Source: Candidatus Bathyarchaeia archaeon
Lineage (GTDB): Archaea > Thermoproteota > Bathyarchaeia > 40CM-2-53-6
Assembly: GCA_049513715.1 (NCBI GenBank)
Contig: JBEKVV010000001.1
Location: 512,001-576,000, forward strand
Direction of reading: 5' to 3'
DNA: 64,000 nt
How positions within the stretch are numbered: position 1 is the stretch's first letter; each line of letters starts with the position of its first letter. The translations under genes and the position numbers were made by a program. The notes under the pieces are model-generated. The model made no database searches. It had not been told where the DNA came from and saw only the letters and a program-made list of their open reading frames with translations. This document shows positions 59,901 through 64,000 of the stretch, in pieces.

Positions 59901-60164
59901 CTGCCGCGAAAGAAACAACCCAAGAAACGAAAGACCGCATCCACGCGCCCAAGGCCACGGGCCAGAAAAGCCCAGAAACAAGCCACAGTCTCGAATAGGG
60001 CCTTGATCGCCATTATCATGTTGCTTTTCATGCTGCACCTTTTGGATGAGCGAACCTTCAAGACCTACACAAGGAGTTTGACTCCAAAGAAGCGAAGAAG
60101 AACCGCGAGAAAACGAAGCCGACCGAGGAAGAGAGCTAGGAAACCCTCTCGCAAACGCAGATAG
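59901..60164 (+). CDS. Putative 87-aa extremely Arg/Lys-rich protein with central hydrophobic segment, CTG start
   Basis: GAGGAG upstream of CTG; open frame PRKKQPKKRK...ALIAIIMLLFMLHLL...KKRRRTARKRSRPRKRARKPSRKRR. Confidence 0.5.
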   Translation: MPRKKQPKKRKTASTRPRPRARKAQKQATVSNRALIAIIMLLFMLHLLDERTFKTYTRSLTPKKRRRTARKRSRPRKRARKPSRKRR

Positions 60165-60183
60165 GCCACTGCACGATGCTAAC

Positions 60184-60246
60184 AAAGCATTGAACCGTCG
60201 TTTTGGTGTGTGTGCGCACCACTAGACCGCCCACACACACGGACGA
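60184..60246. repeat. Palindromic copy of the GTGTGTG/CACACAC repeat family
   Basis: TGAACCGTCGTTTTGGTGTGTGTGCGCACCACTAGACCGCCCACACACACGGACGA. Confidence 0.65.
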
Positions 60247-60292
60247 TTGAACGTGCACGTTAATAGAACCCGGTCGATATTCTCAGCTTAGG

Positions 60293-60730
60293 ATGAGTTG
60301 CTTGAAGAAACCTACGAAAGAGGACGCTAGAATTATGCTGCAACTTGAGGAATTGCTTTTGATGGAACCTAACCAGATAGCAATGCATTGGTTTTGGCGG
60401 ATGTTTAACCCACAAAAACTCGCGAGCCGAGAAGAAATTCGAAAAGCATATCCAGCCAACTCTGAAGGACAACGATACTTCGACCGAATTTCAGCATTCT
60501 GGGAGTCCGCAGGCACCCTCGTCAAGAACGACCTATTGAATGAGCGATTGTTCTTCGACCGCTTCCTCGTGAAACCCTATTGGGATGCTCTGAAGCAGGT
60601 GATTTTCTCGGATCGGGAGGAGACTAACGAGCCACGGGTAGGCGAGAACTTTGAGTGGCTAGCGATGCGAGAAGAAACATGGCGAAACGCAGGTCTTAGG
60701 AGAAGTAAGACAAAAACCACTGGCAAGTAG
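60293..60730 (+). CDS. Hypothetical protein (DUF4760-like)
   Basis: FWESAGTLVKNDLLNE.LFFD..ENFEWLA pattern. Confidence 0.65.
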   Translation: MSCLKKPTKEDARIMLQLEELLLMEPNQIAMHWFWRMFNPQKLASREEIRKAYPANSEGQRYFDRISAFWESAGTLVKNDLLNERLFFDRFLVKPYWDALKQVIFSDREETNEPRVGENFEWLAMREETWRNAGLRRSKTKTTGK

Positions 60731-60761
60731 TCGCTAAGATACAACCGTTCAATAACGTCTT

Positions 60762-61094
60762 CTATGGTTCCTCGTTTCGTATTCGTTCCATTAGCTGAAG
60801 CGTCAGATTAGAAACGATTCCAGCTAGTTCTTCTTCATTTCCGTCCAAGTACATGCCCTTAGCATCCAGGGCTGCGTGCAGAGTCGAAATGAAATCCGTA
60901 GTGCTGGCGAATCTTAGGTAACCAACATCCGACCTATCTGTCAGGAGAACGGATTCATTGTCATCGGCGAGGTCGGATAGTTTCACATAGTAGGCGCGTA
61001 TGTTACGAGAGTATCCTACTGCGATTCTGATATTCTCATATTGCCCGATTTCTTGGTGCACGTTGTTTTCTTCGGTCACTTTTCTTAGACTCAA
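60762..61094 (-). CDS. Hypothetical protein
   Basis: 110-aa ORF with protein-like composition. Confidence 0.55.
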   Translation of the reverse strand: MSLRKVTEENNVHQEIGQYENIRIAVGYSRNIRAYYVKLSDLADDNESVLLTDRSDVGYLRFASTTDFISTLHAALDAKGMYLDGNEEELAGIVSNLTLQLMERIRNEEP

Positions 61095-61240
61095 ACTTGG
61101 ATTCGAAGAATCAATTACAACGAGCGATATTTCAGCGTTCGTTCACTTTTCTTGACACGACCCTGACCTCCTTCTCAATTCATGACGGACGAGCGACGTG
61201 TTAGCTGGGCTGTCTAACTCAAACAGGAGGCGTCTTCCAA

Positions 61241-61333
61241 TGGTGCAGGCACCAGAATTTGAACTCTGATTATGTGTGTGGGTCTGGTGGTGCGAGCTTC
61301 GTAATTTGAACAGTCGTTTTTGTGTGGGTTGGG
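61241..61333 (-). repeat. Two tandem ~46-47-bp units each containing a decayed tRNA 3' end (tRNA-linked repeat / att scars)
   Basis: Plus-strand units at 61241 and 61288 begin TGGTGCR-N9-ATTTGAAC, in register with the tRNA end TGGTGCG-N9-ATTCGGAC at 61334. Confidence 0.7.
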
Positions 61334-61508
61334 TGGTGCGGCCGCCGGGATTCGGACCCGGGTTTCCTCGCTGCGTTCGTGCAGCTTTGAGGCTTGGGAA
61401 GCCCCCGTCATAGACCAGGTTGCCCTTCCACCGCTTTCTCGGTGGGAACTGGACCACGGCCCAGCGGAGTATCCCTCTCGCGCTCACAAGGCCAGCCACG
61501 ACGACCGC
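61334..61508 (-). tRNA. tRNA-Gly(CCC) with multiple non-canonical BHB introns, encoded CCA
   Basis: Removing 61456-61500, 61420-61448 and 61364-61386 yields a 78-nt cloverleaf GCGGTCG TG GTCC AGCCTGGTCT ATGAC G GGGGC TTCCCAA GCCTC AAAC CCGGG TCCGAAT CCCGG CGGCCGC ACCA. Confidence 0.9.
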
Positions 61509-61532
61509 AGCTGTGGAAAAAGTGGGGCTGGG

Positions 61533-61540
61533 AATAAAAG
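61533..61540 (-). promoter_or_regulatory. Probable TATA box of the tRNA-Gly gene
   Basis: CTTTTATT on the minus strand about 26-31 nt upstream of G1 at 61508. Confidence 0.55.
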
Positions 61541-61663
61541 GCTCGCGACATCGACGAGCCGAAGGCTGAGTTTTCAAAGTCAATGGTTGTATCCGCAGTT
61601 GTTTGCGTTCGAGGTTGTTTAATATGCCGACCTTTCGGGATATGGCAATTTCAGTGTTAAGGT

Positions 61664-62104
61664 ATGCAAACTTTCCAAGCTTCAAGAATTGCTGGCGGAC
61701 TCTTGGCGCTCACCGGAATCTTGGGAATCGTAATTTTGGACCTTGATCAAGTCCTACGTGGCGCTCCGATGCACTATTACGCGCTCATCGCTTTTGTAAT
61801 CGTCGATTTCGCTGCGGCGGGTCTTGCGCTCGCCAAACCCGGCAAGACAGCTTTCACTGCGGGTGGAGGTTGGGCTGGTTTCAGAATTTTGCTACAGATA
61901 GCAGACCTTTCACAGGCGCATCTCTACCAGTTCAGATACACGCAGTTCGCTGATTACTTGTTCAACCCGATGAGCTCGCTATCCAGTAGTCTTGGAAATC
62001 CGCTTGGAATTCCAGGGGCTGCCATCGACCTAATTGTCATTTTGGAGATAATCGTGGTAGCTTTGGCTTGGAAGGCTCGGTCGACTGTCCAAGCTAAGAG
62101 TTGA
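61664..62104 (+). CDS. Membrane protein
   Basis: About 4 hydrophobic helices. Confidence 0.7.
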   Translation: MQTFQASRIAGGLLALTGILGIVILDLDQVLRGAPMHYYALIAFVIVDFAAAGLALAKPGKTAFTAGGGWAGFRILLQIADLSQAHLYQFRYTQFADYLFNPMSSLSSSLGNPLGIPGAAIDLIVILEIIVVALAWKARSTVQAKS

Positions 62105-62289
62105 CGCCAGTCTAGCCCATCATCTCAAATTTCTTCACGAGTTTCCTGTCACGAGCAAGGCTACGCAAAGGCTTTGCCGCGACACTCGCCTCCTCCAATC
62201 GGCCGAGGGGAAGTAGGGCCAAGACTACGCTGACACAAGAAACCCTCTGGTCCCCATGAGCCAATGGTACGTCATCTTGAGGTTGAGGG

Positions 62290-63003
62290 TTATGTTAGTA
62301 CGATCTCCATGCGTCTGTTGATTCTACCCTTGTTGTCGGTTTTGACTACTTTGATGCTCTGAATCTCTTTCGTGTTCGCAACGTGTGTTCCGCCGTCGGC
62401 TTGGAAGTCCACGCCTTCTATGTCCACAACACGAACTTCGGTGATCTCCGGGGGCAGAAGGTTGATTTTAGTTCTGATTAGGTCAGGTTGCCTCATCGCC
62501 TCGTCGCGGGGAAGGAATCTGATAGAAATTGGATGAGCTTCCTGAACGACTCTGTTGCAGGCGGTTTCGATCTCCCGGACTCTGTCTGGGTTGATTTCCT
62601 GCAAGTCGAAGTCCATTCTCGCGCGGTCCAAGTAGATCTGCCCGCCCGTAACTAGGCCCCCGTACATGTGATACACGAGACCGCAAAGAACATGCAGCGC
62701 TGAGTGGTAACGCATGAAAGTGTAGCGCCTGTTCCAATCAACGGAGCCATGAACAGAAGTGCCTTCGGGTGGTGGCGGTCCCTTCAATTTGTGAAGAACG
62801 GTTCCTGTTTTCTTTGAGACGTCCACAACTTGTGCTTCTCCGGCTGCCCAGCTGATGGTTCCCGTGTCGTTGGGTTGGCCTCCTCCCGTTGGGTAGAATG
62901 CGGTTCCGTCCAAAACAACCGCGTCAGTCTCTGCTTTCGCGACACTGGTGTCGAACTCGCGCAAGTAGTGGTCTTTCAAGTAGAGCAGTTCTGTCATTGT
63001 CAA
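62290..63003 (-). CDS. alaX: AlaX alanyl-tRNA editing protein
   Basis: FYPTGGGQPNDTG, MRYHSALH, QADGGTHV. Confidence 0.92.
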   Translation of the reverse strand: MTMTELLYLKDHYLREFDTSVAKAETDAVVLDGTAFYPTGGGQPNDTGTISWAAGEAQVVDVSKKTGTVLHKLKGPPPPEGTSVHGSVDWNRRYTFMRYHSALHVLCGLVYHMYGGLVTGGQIYLDRARMDFDLQEINPDRVREIETACNRVVQEAHPISIRFLPRDEAMRQPDLIRTKINLLPPEITEVRVVDIEGVDFQADGGTHVANTKEIQSIKVVKTDNKGRINRRMEIVLT

Positions 63004-63040
63004 CCCACAGGGACTGTGATTTAGGTTCCGTAATTTTGGT

Positions 63041-63511
63041 TTATGGTTTGGCTACTTCGTTGTCGTGTGTTGGCAGCTGAATCATCAGCGACCTCGCAAC
63101 ATCTATGGATTCTTCTCTTGCTCTGTCGGCTAGGCTATCTGCCAGCTGAGAAACGTGACGAAGGGGTTGGGAGATGTCGAATAGTGGTTTGATTTCTTGC
63201 TCGAACCCCTTGAAGATCGAGCCATCCCCACAGATTCCCCTCAACATTTGTTCCACCACAATTTTCGAGCGTTTGGTTACGATGTAGTCGGCGCAGTTGA
63301 GATCCTCCAGGAGCGAGGATAAAGCACTGTCATCTGAGGAAAACTGGTGGGCTGAGCCGTTGCAGACCTCCGTCGCGTCCCGCACAAGGTTCTGCCTGTA
63401 ATCCAGCCGGTCAATGAACCGACGCACAAGTTCTTCTGTTTCGAGAATTGGCACTCGGTTAAAAAGACGAACACGCGGAAGTGATAGGAGGGTCTCGATT
63501 GGCCTCGGCAT
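63041..63511 (-). CDS. Hypothetical helical protein
   Basis: 156-aa ORF between EF-2 and alaX, same strand. Confidence 0.55.
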   Translation of the reverse strand: MPRPIETLLSLPRVRLFNRVPILETEELVRRFIDRLDYRQNLVRDATEVCNGSAHQFSSDDSALSSLLEDLNCADYIVTKRSKIVVEQMLRGICGDGSIFKGFEQEIKPLFDISQPLRHVSQLADSLADRAREESIDVARSLMIQLPTHDNEVAKP

Positions 63512-63578
63512 TTCTGCCCCTGAAGTCTGATGGAGTGGCTTTAAACGGTTACGTTTGATTGGCAGAAAATAGGGGAGG

Positions 63579-64000
63579 CTAGGCCTCCATGAAGTCTTCC
63601 GCCTTTTGCGGCTCAGGTGACAGGCCTTTGCGCTTCCGAATGTCAGTGATCACTTGCATGAGCAGCGATTGAGGCACCGGTTGCCAATGTGAAAATTCGA
63701 GCCCCCAGAACGCTCTACCCTGTGAAGCGCCGCGCATCACTTCTGAAAGGTCGAACGTTTCTGCTGTGGGAAGTTCTCCGACAACATATACTAGGTGGCC
63801 GCGTTGGTCTACTGAAACGATTTTTCCGCGTTTCTGCGAGATTACACTGGTTGCTGCCCCGAGGAGTTCTGGTGGAACCTTGACGGTTATCCTCTGAACG
63901 GGCTCTAAGAGGACGGGGTTGGCGTTGAGGAAAGCGACGAAGAAGGCCCTGCGGCTCATGGGCATAATTTGGGCCGGGCCCCTGTGGACGGGGTCTTCGT
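63579..64000 (-). CDS. fusA: Elongation factor EF-2, C-terminal part (truncated by window edge)
   Basis: EDPVHRGPAQIMP diphthamide loop, LLEP, domain V (RG..GRAFW..EF). Confidence 0.93.
   Translation of the reverse strand, partial: EDPVHRGPAQIMPMSRRAFFVAFLNANPVLLEPVQRITVKVPPELLGAATSVISQKRGKIVSVDQRGHLVYVVGELPTAETFDLSEVMRGASQGRAFWGLEFSHWQPVPQSLLMQVITDIRKRKGLSPEPQKAEDFMEA

Noticed and set aside
60184..61340. Integron attC cassette array
   Set aside because: The palindromes lack RYYYAAC...GTTRRRY ends, and I see no sign that either integrase is IntI-like
61143..61685. 180-aa minus-strand ORF and 100-aa plus-strand ORF
   Set aside because: They overlap the intron-containing tRNA-Gly and its repeats; spurious
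63940..64000. Divergent EF-2 paralogue lacking the diphthamide site
   Set aside because: The HRGPAQ motif is intact, consistent with canonical EF-2

Overview
Archaeal genomic window, most likely TACK/Bathyarchaeia-like. This is inferred from fibrillarin-Nop5, Trm1, a TFE-beta/RPC34-like gene, archaeal DNA ligase, EF-2 with the diphthamide HRG motif, frequent TTG starts and a BHB-intron tRNA. About 1.5-21 kb is accessory DNA: a tRNA 3'-end (att-like) fragment, two tyrosine integrases, small HTH/RHH/AbrB regulators and a defence cluster. The cluster holds an amino-MTase with a variant SPCY motif, a MORC/GHKL ATPase fused to a PD-(D/E)XK nuclease, a small nuclease, a ParB-like + HD-domain pair, a second MTase and a BamHI-family endonuclease. 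The rest (21-64 kb) is mostly housekeeping: pyrG, asnS, nurA-herA, ftcd, folD, rimK-like, argF, pit, lig, rlmE, trm1, rnhB, flpA, nop5, pheA, alaX and the end of EF-2. Highlights read directly from the DNA: (1) a tRNA-Gly(CCC) with three non-canonical BHB intron sites plus a probable nested intron; (2) a tRNA-3'-end-derived repeat family, tandem behind that tRNA and dispersed elsewhere; (3) a structured intergenic region with five phased 13-bp palindromes; (4) several small ORFs missed by the ORF track, including a CTG-start, extremely basic protein. All product calls are from motif recognition by eye; no searches were run.
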